From assembly GCA_041661005.1 (NCBI GenBank), contig JBAZVG010000001.1, forward strand, positions 6,019-70,018: a DNA stretch of 64,000 nt, read 5' to 3'. Positions 1 to 7,935 of this stretch are shown here, piece by piece. The position numbers were made by a program, and so were the translations under genes. Position 1 is the first letter of the stretch. Each line of letters opens with the position of its first letter. This DNA comes from Minisyncoccota bacterium. Its GTDB lineage: Bacteria; Patescibacteriota; Minisyncoccia; Phycocordibacterales; UBA9973. The notes below the pieces were generated by a model. That model saw nothing but the letters and a program-made list of their open reading frames with translations, ran no database searches and was not told the DNA's origin.

Positions 1-152
1 TTTGCAGAGCGTTTTTCCACAAACTCATCAGAAATATAAATGCTTTCTCGCTTGGCAAGTTCTCGCAATTCGGCGAGCTGTGATTCAATAGAAAGGATTT
101 GTTTATCCTCAACATCTGTACTTTTGCGAGCATATAAAAAGTATTTAAGCAT
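1..152 (-). CDS. Serine recombinase (resolvase/integrase family), N-terminal fragment; the gene continues beyond the window start
   Basis: Minus-strand translation from the ATG at 152..150 gives MLKYFLYARKSTDVEDKQILSIESQLAELRELAKRE. This matches the serine-recombinase N-terminal motif Y-x-R-x-S-T-D-x-Q...SLE-Q with the catalytic Ser in place. The reading frame runs off the window edge and is not in the ORF track because it is partial. Confidence 0.5.
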   Translation of the reverse strand, partial: MLKYFLYARKSTDVEDKQILSIESQLAELRELAKRESIYISDEFVEKRSA

Positions 153-210
153 AGTTCTATTATACCATAACCCATAGTGTATAGCGCAAGAGCGAGTTAT
201 ACTGTTATCA

Positions 211-417
211 ATGAACGATGAAGCAAAAAGACTCGGTCAAAACTTAAAACGAATTAGAACTAAAAAAGGCATATCCCAAGGAGATATAGTAAAAACACTA
301 GATATGCCAAAAAGTTTTGTAAGTAGCATTGAAAACGGAAAAACAAATCCGACACTTTCAACGATTGCTAAAATAGCAAAAGCAATCGGGGTTTCGGTTG
401 GAGAATTGATGAAATAA
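211..417 (+). CDS. XRE/Cro-C1 family helix-turn-helix transcriptional regulator
   Basis: 68 aa. The stretch LKRIRTKKGISQGDIVKTLDMPKSFVSSIENGKTNPTLSTIAKIAKAIGVSVGEL is a typical HTH_3 pattern. It is divergent from the recombinase gene. Confidence 0.7.
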   Translation: MNDEAKRLGQNLKRIRTKKGISQGDIVKTLDMPKSFVSSIENGKTNPTLSTIAKIAKAIGVSVGELMK

Positions 418-424
418 TAACTAT

Positions 425-781
425 ATGAAAAGAAGTAACATCTTTTATTTAATATTTGTTTTGACTATTTTAGCAATTAGATTGGAGGTTTTTCTTTTTC
501 CTTCAAATAAAATAATAGTTGATGGCATAAGAATCAATCATTTTTGGATTGGAGTAATTTTGATTTTACTTGTCTTGTTTTTATCAAAAAATTATAATAT
601 AATAAAAATGGTTCTCCTCCCGATAGGCCTCGGAATAGTAGCGGATGAATTATTTTTTATGATTTTTAGCAATAGAACACTTGCCGATTATTGGTCAATT
701 TATTCTATAATCGGGGTTATAACAACGACAGTAATAATTTTTGTGATAAGGGAAAAGCTGGCAAGTAAAATTTATAAGTAA
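425..781 (+). CDS. Hypothetical integral membrane protein
   Basis: 118 aa with 3-4 hydrophobic helices. No recognisable motif. Confidence 0.4.
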   Translation: MKRSNIFYLIFVLTILAIRLEVFLFPSNKIIVDGIRINHFWIGVILILLVLFLSKNYNIIKMVLLPIGLGIVADELFFMIFSNRTLADYWSIYSIIGVITTTVIIFVIREKLASKIYK

Positions 782-799
782 TAATTTAATTAAAAAGAT

Positions 800-1237
800 A
801 TGAAAAAGAATTATTTCAAAATAGTACTGAGTGCGGTAATAATATCTGTAATCGGTGTTTATGTCATCGATTATTTTTCTCACTTGTTATTTTCAAATCC
901 AATGGAGACATTACCGTATTTCGTAGTGAAATTTATTCTATATTTTGTTTTTTCAATACTGTTCCTTTCTTTTATTGATGTAAGTAGAAAGGAATTTATA
1001 AAAGTAGTTGTTGGAGGAATTGTTGTTGCGTCGATATTTGGCATATATTATAATATTCTTCCGTCAGTATTTGATTTTTATCCCGCTGGAATTGCCTTAA
1101 ATGGTCTAACATTTTTAGGAATGGGACTTTTTGGAACTGGACTTGCTTTCGGAACTGTCCACACTCTTGCATTTGTCGGAGGATATTATTCAAGTAAATT
1201 CACGCTTAAGAGCTTTAATAATACCGATGTGCTATAA
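800..1237 (+). CDS. Hypothetical integral membrane protein
   Basis: 145 aa, multi-TM and Gly-rich C-terminus. No motif. Confidence 0.4.
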   Translation: MKKNYFKIVLSAVIISVIGVYVIDYFSHLLFSNPMETLPYFVVKFILYFVFSILFLSFIDVSRKEFIKVVVGGIVVASIFGIYYNILPSVFDFYPAGIALNGLTFLGMGLFGTGLAFGTVHTLAFVGGYYSSKFTLKSFNNTDVL

Positions 1238-1245
1238 TAACTAAC

Positions 1246-1701
1246 ATGAATAAAACTATCATAATTATTGCAGTAGTCGTCGTTGTCGGAATCGGAGCTT
1301 ATTATTTTGCCGTCAATAATGGTTCTAATGGGATTCCAGCGTATACTCCTCCAGTATCAAATAATAATCAAATACCTACGCCTACACCACCGGCACCAAC
1401 TTCAGTCACGACTCCAACCCCTACACCAACGACTCCCACTCCCACTCCAGTTACTAAAAACGTAACGATTCAAGGTTTTGCTTTTAACCAATCTTCCCTA
1501 ACTATCAAAAAAGGGGATACGGTTGTCTGGACCAATAAGGACTCCGCCCCGCATACCGTTACCGGCAATGCCGGAGGTCCTAAGAGTGGCACATTAAATC
1601 AAAATCAAACTTACAGCTTTACTTTCAATAGCGTTGGCACTTTCTCTTATAGATGTGCCCTTCATCCTTCTATGACAGGATCGGTGACGGTTACAGAATA
1701 A
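1246..1701 (+). CDS. Membrane-anchored cupredoxin (plastocyanin/azurin-like blue copper protein)
   Basis: N-terminal TM helix, then a Pro/Thr-rich linker (PTPTPPAPTSVTTPTPTPTTPTPTP), then a C-terminal domain with type-1 copper ligands: His in SAPHTV and C-x2-H-x3-M in YRCALHPSMTG. Confidence 0.65.
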   Translation: MNKTIIIIAVVVVVGIGAYYFAVNNGSNGIPAYTPPVSNNNQIPTPTPPAPTSVTTPTPTPTTPTPTPVTKNVTIQGFAFNQSSLTIKKGDTVVWTNKDSAPHTVTGNAGGPKSGTLNQNQTYSFTFNSVGTFSYRCALHPSMTGSVTVTE

Positions 1702-1705
1702 AATT

Positions 1706-2101
1706 GTGATTATTTGGCTAAAAAGAATCGGGTTAATTTTACTGATAATTTTTCTCGGGACAATAATTGACTACTTTGTCCACCAACTAAGCGATAATTT
1801 TACTGAGCAGTTTTCGTATTTTACCCACAAGATTGCTTTCGGTACATTGTGGGCGTTTGTCGCGTATTTAGTTTTCAGAAAATTTATCAAAACGCCTTTC
1901 TGGTTAGCATTTATAATGTCGGGAATGACATCGGTATTGCTTCAGTTTTTCTATTTTATCAATGAGCACGAACTGACATGGGTGACGGTATTTTTTCTGT
2001 TTGTGCATTTCTTAGTTTTCTTACTTCCCGGATATTATATTTGTAAGAAATATACGAATTTGTTTATAAATGAAAAAGAAAGTAAATCGCTTTTCTCCTA
2101 A
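1706..2101 (+). CDS. Hypothetical integral membrane protein
   Basis: 131 aa, 4 predicted TM helices. Confidence 0.4.
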   Translation: MIIWLKRIGLILLIIFLGTIIDYFVHQLSDNFTEQFSYFTHKIAFGTLWAFVAYLVFRKFIKTPFWLAFIMSGMTSVLLQFFYFINEHELTWVTVFFLFVHFLVFLLPGYYICKKYTNLFINEKESKSLFS

Positions 2102-2593
2102 AAAATTTGGCTATAGTAGATGAATCAGTAGGGAGTTTGACGATTTATTTAATCGGCAAAATTTTAACACGCGCACGGGTGGGTGGGGCAAGTGTTGTAT
2201 TTCATGTAGCCGACCTCCCCTCCAAAAAACTCTCCCTCCAAAAAATCTTTGGCTCGAACCTCTCCCTCCACGGACGCGTAGCGTCCGGAAACCCTTTCCC
2301 ACATTACGCAGAGCTTCGCTCTGCGCGCGAAAATTTTGGCGAAAAGTCCTTGAGTTTAATTACTGAGTGCTTATTAAACTCCGCTAGAACCTACTTTACC
2401 AAAAATTCAGGAGAAATGCCAAATCTAAAAGCGGACTCGGTTTTGCGAAAGCATTTTTTGGGGAAGCAGATTTCGCAAAACCTCGGCTAATATTTTTTTT
2501 GAATTCGGCGGGGTTAGATTCTATCCGCAGGAAGGGTTTGGGAGGGAATGCGGGTGAGTGTGTTTTGTTCTTAAAATTTGCTAAAATAACAAT

Positions 2594-3100
2594 ATGTCAA
2601 AAGAAATTCTCAATAGAATACTTGTTGTAGGAGATGCTGGCAGGGGAAAATCTACGTTGGCATCAAAAATTTCTGAAAAATTAGGGATACCGCATCATTC
2701 AACTGATGATTTTTATTATGAAGTAAAATTTTCTAAAGTTCGTGATAGGCCAGAAAGTATTACCAAAATTAAAGAAATTTTTGGAAAGAAAAAGTGGATC
2801 GTTGAAGGCACAAACAATCATCTAATTGAGCTCGGTCTTCACTCCGCTGATATAATTATTCATCTTAAATATAAAAGCATGCTTGCTCAGTGGGTGGTTC
2901 TCATTAAAAGATATTTCAAGAGAGAAAACGAGACTTTGGGGAAATTGTTTAGTCTTATGAAACATGTTTTTTATAAAAAATATAAATTAGGAGATAGAAA
3001 ATTGAAGCTAACCCATTCTGAACTTATTGAACCACACAAGCAAAAAGTAATTACGCTGTCTTCTTTTAAAGAAATTGATGGGTTTTTAAAATCTTTATAA
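2594..3100 (+). CDS. P-loop NTPase / small-molecule kinase-like protein (adenylate-kinase/AAA_17-like)
   Basis: Walker A motif VVGDAGRGKSTLA at the N-terminus; 168 aa. Confidence 0.5.
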   Translation: MSKEILNRILVVGDAGRGKSTLASKISEKLGIPHHSTDDFYYEVKFSKVRDRPESITKIKEIFGKKKWIVEGTNNHLIELGLHSADIIIHLKYKSMLAQWVVLIKRYFKRENETLGKLFSLMKHVFYKKYKLGDRKLKLTHSELIEPHKQKVITLSSFKEIDGFLKSL

Positions 3101-3114
3101 ATAATTTTATACAA

Positions 3115-3981
3115 ATGGAAAAGAGGAAATTATTAAGCAAAATTAGCCAAGAATTTCCAAACTTAAAGTGGAAAAACGCAGAACATAATACTGAAGGCTG
3201 GGATCATTATGTCATTATTTTAGATAATAAATATGTTTTTCGTTTTCCTAGAACCAAACAATATTTAAAAGTATTAAAAAATGAGGTATTCTTGCTCGAG
3301 TATTTGAAGAATAAAGTAAAAATTCCCATTCCGCAATATGCATATATTGCGAAAGATAAAAGTTTTGCCGGGTATTCTTTGATTCCGGGGACACAATTAA
3401 GGAAAAAAGTATTTGAATCGGTGTCTGAAAAAACAAAACATGCACTTGCCAAACAAATTGCGGATTTTCTTTCTTCTTTGCACAAAATACCAAACGAAGC
3501 TGTAAAAAAATATGGTGTGAAAATAGTTAATACTCAAAAACAATATAAAGAATTAATAATCAATACAAATAAATATATTTTTCCGAGAGTCTCAAAAAAA
3601 AGATCAGCTTTTGATAAATAACTACTTGAAAGAATTCAAAAATTATTTAAAATTTTCCAAAAAAGTTCTTACGCATAATGATCTTTATTCCAAACATATA
3701 CTTTTGGGAGAAAGTAAAAAAATATTTCTGGAATTATAGATTTTTCTGATAGAAAGATAGATGACCCAGCGAGAGATTTTACTGAAATGTGGGATTATGG
3801 AGAAAAATTTACCTTGGAAGTGTATAAAAATTACCAAGGTCCCAAAGATAAAGATTTTTTAAAGAGATCAATGATGTATTATAAAAGAATCCCTCTTTGG
3901 ACGATGATTTCTCCGTTTCAAGGCGGACGCGGGAAGTTTAAAAAGGGATATAAAATGTTTAAGGAATTGTTTTATGGATGA
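3115..3981 (+). pseudogene. Aminoglycoside/macrolide phosphotransferase (APH/Mph) family gene, disrupted by an in-frame stop and at least two frameshifts
   Basis: The N-terminal part (3115..3621, GWDHYVIILDNKYVFRFPR) matches the APH N-lobe. The same frame reads FDK-TAA-LLERIQKLF. The catalytic-loop motif HNDLYSKHIL (the HGDxxxxN equivalent) and IDFSD (the DFG-like Asp) lie in two other frames around 3660..3780. The last piece is ORF 3787..3981. The frame changes fall at A-homopolymers. Confidence 0.6.
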
Positions 3982-4435
3982 ATTTTTAGCTAAAATTTTA
4001 GAAACGCTAGGAGAGTTAAATGTAAAACCAGTAATTTATGGTTCGTTTGGTGTGGCTGTTTATCTTGGCAATTTTAAGAATTTTGAAGACATTGATGTTT
4101 TAATAGAAGATGAGTTTGTTAGTAATAGATGGAAAGAATTTAGAAAATTACTTGAGTCTAAGGGTTTTAATTTAATTAATGAAAAAGAACATGAGTTTGA
4201 ATTTAATGGTAAAAAAGTTGGATTTGCTTCAAAAAATATATTAATAAGAGATAAAATAATTAATGATTATTCAGAACTTGTTCAGTATAAAAATACAAAT
4301 GCTTTAACTTTAATGCCAGAAGGTTTTTTAAAAGCATATAAATTTAGCGTGAAAGATGGTTATAGAATTAATACAAGAGGGAAGAAAGATCAGGATATTA
4401 TTGAGAAGTTGGAAATTTATATAAAAAAGTTATAA
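3974..4435 (+). CDS. Pol-beta-like nucleotidyltransferase (small antibiotic NTase-like, cf. Lnu/ANT-type)
   Basis: 153 aa. GSFGVAVYLGN...DIDVLIEDEF fits the GS-x(n)-D-x-D nucleotidyltransferase signature. Size and pattern resemble small lincosamide/aminoglycoside NTases. Confidence 0.45.
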   Translation: MDEFLAKILETLGELNVKPVIYGSFGVAVYLGNFKNFEDIDVLIEDEFVSNRWKEFRKLLESKGFNLINEKEHEFEFNGKKVGFASKNILIRDKIINDYSELVQYKNTNALTLMPEGFLKAYKFSVKDGYRINTRGKKDQDIIEKLEIYIKKL

Positions 4436-4444
4436 TATCATTAT

Positions 4445-4831
4445 ATGAAAGCTTATTTAGTAATTAAATTTAAAGAAGATAATTCTAATCGAAAGACTAT
4501 CGAAGACATTTCAGCTGTTCTTGAAAAGATAGGCATGGAAACTACTGTCATGACTCGTGACTATGAAAAATGGGGAGAGGTAAGATTTACTCCCTTGGAA
4601 CTTATGCAAAAGACTTTTCAAATTATAGATTCATCTGACCTGCTTATTGTTGAATTTTCAGAAAAAGGTGTGGGGATAGGCATAGAAGCTGGTTATGCGT
4701 ATGCAAAAAATAAACCCATTTATGTTATATTAAAAGAAGGTTCAGATGTTTCAAACACACTTAGAGGTATAGCTAAAGATGTTATTTTTTATAATAATCC
4801 AGAAGAACTTATAGATAAGCTAAAAATTTAA
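4445..4831 (+). CDS. Nucleoside 2-deoxyribosyltransferase-like (NDT/Rcl/DNPH1 family) protein
   Basis: 128 aa. SDLLIVEFSEKGVGIGIEAGYAYAKNKPIYVI matches the conserved D...G(T)..E.GYA.A.(G)KP core of PF05014. Confidence 0.55.
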   Translation: MKAYLVIKFKEDNSNRKTIEDISAVLEKIGMETTVMTRDYEKWGEVRFTPLELMQKTFQIIDSSDLLIVEFSEKGVGIGIEAGYAYAKNKPIYVILKEGSDVSNTLRGIAKDVIFYNNPEELIDKLKI

Positions 4832-4839
4832 TAAATAAC

Positions 4840-6438
4840 ATGAAAAATTCCCCTTTAATTTACGGACTCCAAAGACCCAACGATAAACCTGATTTGATTT
4901 TAGTTAATTCACCAATAAGAGATTATACAGATGAAGAGAGACAGGAAACAGAACAATTACCAGCAATAGGCTTAGGATACATTGCAACTGTGTGTGAAAA
5001 AGCAGGTTTCAATGTTGGTTTGCTGGATGTAGAGGTTAATGGTTTGTCACCAGAAAAAGCAGCTGAAATAATTAATGAATCAAACCCTAGATGGGTTGGT
5101 GTTAATATGCTCACGCCAACTTTTCCTTTAGCTAAAAGAATTATTGCAAATATAAATAAGGGTATTCAAATTGAAGTTGGTGCTGCACATTCAAAAGCAT
5201 TATCAGAAAAAATATTAAGAGATTCAGAAATAGGTCACAAAATTGATTTAATCGTGCTTGAAGACGGTGAATTAATATCAAAAGGACTTCTTGAGGGAAA
5301 GAATCCCAGCGAAATGGGTGGGGTTGCTTATATAGACAAGTCTTCTGGTCAATATATTGAACACAGAGGAGACCCAGAAGGAAAATGGATTCCTAAAGAT
5401 TTAGATGCCTTACCATACTTGAATAGAAAATTTTTTAAAAATGGAATAATCAAATCGGAAGGAAGATTGGAAGCAAATATTGTAGGATCTCGAGGATGTC
5501 CTTTTTCTTGTCCATTTTGTGCTGGTGCAAAAGAAATGTTGATATTTGGGATTCGACAACGATCCATAGAAAATATTGTACAGGAAATAAAAAATCTAAA
5601 AGAACAAGGAGTAACGGCGATTAGATTTATTGATGATTTATTTTTATCAAGTCCAGCTCGCATAAAGCAATTTTTTAAACTAATGACTGAAGCAGGATTA
5701 AATGAACACGTTGTATGGGATGCAACAGGTAGAGCTAATATATTATCAAAACTAGACAAAGAAACATTAGAATTGATGGCGCGTAGTGGTGCTAGAGAAA
5801 TATCAATAGGCGTAGAGTCGGGATCACAAAGAATGCTCGATCTTATGAATAAAGGAATTAAACCAGAAATGGTAAGAAGCGCTATAGTAAATTTGGCATC
5901 TGTAGGAATACGCACAAAAACATATTTTATGTTGGGTATTCCTTCTGAAACGGAAGAAGAAGCGAAAGAGTCCGTAGCATTTATGCACGAATTACGTAAT
6001 CTTGCCAGAAAGACTGTTGCTGAGAATCCATTAACTCCAACAGGTAAACAGAATGAGGCTCAAAGTAGAGGAAGTATGTTTATTTTTCGACCATATCCAG
6101 GAACCCCTTTTAGTGAGCAGTTACAGGGTAAAAAAGAGTGGCCAGAAGGAACATGGAAAAATTCAGAACAACCATTATTTACAGAAGAAGAGATACTTGA
6201 GAGTTTTCATCCAACAACAATAAAACCTGGATTAGAAGTAAGACAAAAACATAGTTTCAGTACAACATTGCAATTGGGACCCTTGGAACCATCAAAAATA
6301 CAAGAAATGGTAGATGGTGCCATGCTCGCACAAAAGGAAGATATGGTTATACACGGGGAGTATTTGCCAGGCATAAAAGAAATAAAAGCTGAAAATAATG
6401 GAATAAATAAAACAGGAATGCCGTGGCGTATTGCTTAA
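4840..6438 (+). CDS. Cobalamin-binding-domain radical SAM enzyme (class B radical SAM)
   Basis: 532 aa. The N-terminal ~130 aa form a B12-binding-like Rossmann segment (LILVNSP...IGLGYIA...VGVNMLT). The CX3CX2C cluster is GSRGCPFSCPFCAG, and a TIM-barrel radical SAM core follows. Confidence 0.75.
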   Translation: MKNSPLIYGLQRPNDKPDLILVNSPIRDYTDEERQETEQLPAIGLGYIATVCEKAGFNVGLLDVEVNGLSPEKAAEIINESNPRWVGVNMLTPTFPLAKRIIANINKGIQIEVGAAHSKALSEKILRDSEIGHKIDLIVLEDGELISKGLLEGKNPSEMGGVAYIDKSSGQYIEHRGDPEGKWIPKDLDALPYLNRKFFKNGIIKSEGRLEANIVGSRGCPFSCPFCAGAKEMLIFGIRQRSIENIVQEIKNLKEQGVTAIRFIDDLFLSSPARIKQFFKLMTEAGLNEHVVWDATGRANILSKLDKETLELMARSGAREISIGVESGSQRMLDLMNKGIKPEMVRSAIVNLASVGIRTKTYFMLGIPSETEEEAKESVAFMHELRNLARKTVAENPLTPTGKQNEAQSRGSMFIFRPYPGTPFSEQLQGKKEWPEGTWKNSEQPLFTEEEILESFHPTTIKPGLEVRQKHSFSTTLQLGPLEPSKIQEMVDGAMLAQKEDMVIHGEYLPGIKEIKAENNGINKTGMPWRIA

Positions 6439-6466
6439 AATAATTTAATACATTTATATTAAAAAT

Positions 6467-7210
6467 ATGATTGAAGAAAAAGAGATAAAAATAAAAGTTG
6501 ATAAAAATATATTTGATGAGGCTAAAAAATATATTAAAGAACATACAAAACTGACAAAAACAAAATTTCAAATTGACGAATATTTTGATACAGAATTGTT
6601 TATGTTTACAAATTTAAATAGAGGAATTAGAGTTCGATATAATGATAAAATTCCTGAATCAGTAGAGTTTAAATCTTTATTTTGGAATAAATATGGTAAT
6701 CCTAATAATCCTTGGTATATTGAAGAGATAGGATTAAAAATACCGCTAGATACTGAAAGTAAAATAACTTTTCGTGCGATCTTAAAAAGATTTAATTTAT
6801 CATTAAATATACCTGAAGATATTGATGTTGACTATCAGTTATTCAAAGATTTATTAAACAAAATTGGATTATCTCCAAGAATTATTGTAACTAAAGAAAG
6901 AGAGGAATATGAAAATGATGAATCTACGTTTGTTTTTGATTATATAAAAGAACTTGGTTATTTTATTGAAATAGAAACAAAAGGTATTGATCCAATGGAT
7001 ATATTAAAAACAATACCTGTAATTAGTGATTATAGTGTTGTTCGAAATGGGTATAATGATATGGTTGGTGAAAATATTCCAAATTTAATATCAAATGATA
7101 TAAGGCAACAACTCTTTCGTTTAAATCATTCATGGAATATTCTAGAAACAGAAGTAGATATCGTAAATCAATTATTAAAAGAATATAAAGAAGTATGTCA
7201 AACCCAATAG
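6467..7210 (+). CDS. CYTH-domain protein (triphosphate tunnel metalloenzyme / class IV adenylyl cyclase-like)
   Basis: N-terminal EKEIKIKV (EiE-K motif), IRVRYND (R-x-R motif), C-terminal GYFIEIETKG (ExE motif). Its 3' end overlaps cmk by 16 nt. Confidence 0.55.
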   Translation: MIEEKEIKIKVDKNIFDEAKKYIKEHTKLTKTKFQIDEYFDTELFMFTNLNRGIRVRYNDKIPESVEFKSLFWNKYGNPNNPWYIEEIGLKIPLDTESKITFRAILKRFNLSLNIPEDIDVDYQLFKDLLNKIGLSPRIIVTKEREEYENDESTFVFDYIKELGYFIEIETKGIDPMDILKTIPVISDYSVVRNGYNDMVGENIPNLISNDIRQQLFRLNHSWNILETEVDIVNQLLKEYKEVCQTQ

Positions 7211-7905
7211 TGATTGCTATTGATGGACCAGCTTCTTCAGGAAAATCAACAATGGGGTTTTTGCTTGCTAAAGATCTTGGCTATCAATTTGTAGATTCTG
7301 GATTAATCTATCGTGTGGGTTGTGCATATATTTTAGAAAAAGGTATTGATATACTTAATATTTCAATGCTCGAAGAAGTTTTTCAAAACATGGATATTCA
7401 TTTTTATAACGAAGGATTAAAACAAAGAATTACTGCATTTGAGAATGATTATACAAATATTATTAATACCCCAGAAATAACAAAAATAGTTCCAGTTGTG
7501 GGAGCTAATCATACAGTACGGGAAAAAGTGCAAAAAATACAAAGAACTCTTGGTGCAGATAGAAATACTGTGATGGTTGGTCGAGATATTGGTAGCACAA
7601 TATTTCCCAACACACCACATAAATTTTTTATTACAGCATCTGCAGAAATACGAGCGCAAAGAAGATATAAACAATTGATTGATGGTGGAACAGTAGTAAC
7701 ATACGAAACTGTTTTTGAGGATATAAAACAACGGGATTTAAAAGATACAACAAGGGAAAGTTCCCCAATGATAATTCCAGAATCTGCAATAGTTATTGAT
7801 ACTTCTACACTTAGTATGGCTGAAACCGTTAATATGATTAAGATTACTTTTTTAAAAAATATTGAACCCAATAAGGAGCTACATTCTCAATTAAAGCTTA
7901 GATGA
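7195..7905 (+). CDS. cmk: Cytidylate kinase
   Basis: IAIDGPASSGKSTMGFLLAKDLGYQFVDSGLIYR is the canonical Cmk N-terminus with P-loop. Confidence 0.85.
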   Translation: MSNPIVIAIDGPASSGKSTMGFLLAKDLGYQFVDSGLIYRVGCAYILEKGIDILNISMLEEVFQNMDIHFYNEGLKQRITAFENDYTNIINTPEITKIVPVVGANHTVREKVQKIQRTLGADRNTVMVGRDIGSTIFPNTPHKFFITASAEIRAQRRYKQLIDGGTVVTYETVFEDIKQRDLKDTTRESSPMIIPESAIVIDTSTLSMAETVNMIKITFLKNIEPNKELHSQLKLR

Positions 7906-7935
7906 TTTATTAAAACTATATGATATTATGAAAAT

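Noticed and set aside
2107-2490. ORF-track CDS 2107..2490 (+) and 2111..2302 (-)
   Set aside because: They lie inside the repeat and hairpin-rich non-coding block. Translation is low-complexity (…RARVGGASVVFHVADLPSKKLSLQKIFGSNLSLHGRVASG…). Both strands give ORFs, typical of GC-rich palindromic DNA.
5349-5915. 188-aa ORF antisense to the radical SAM gene
   Set aside because: It is fully contained in a well-supported sense CDS and has no motifs.
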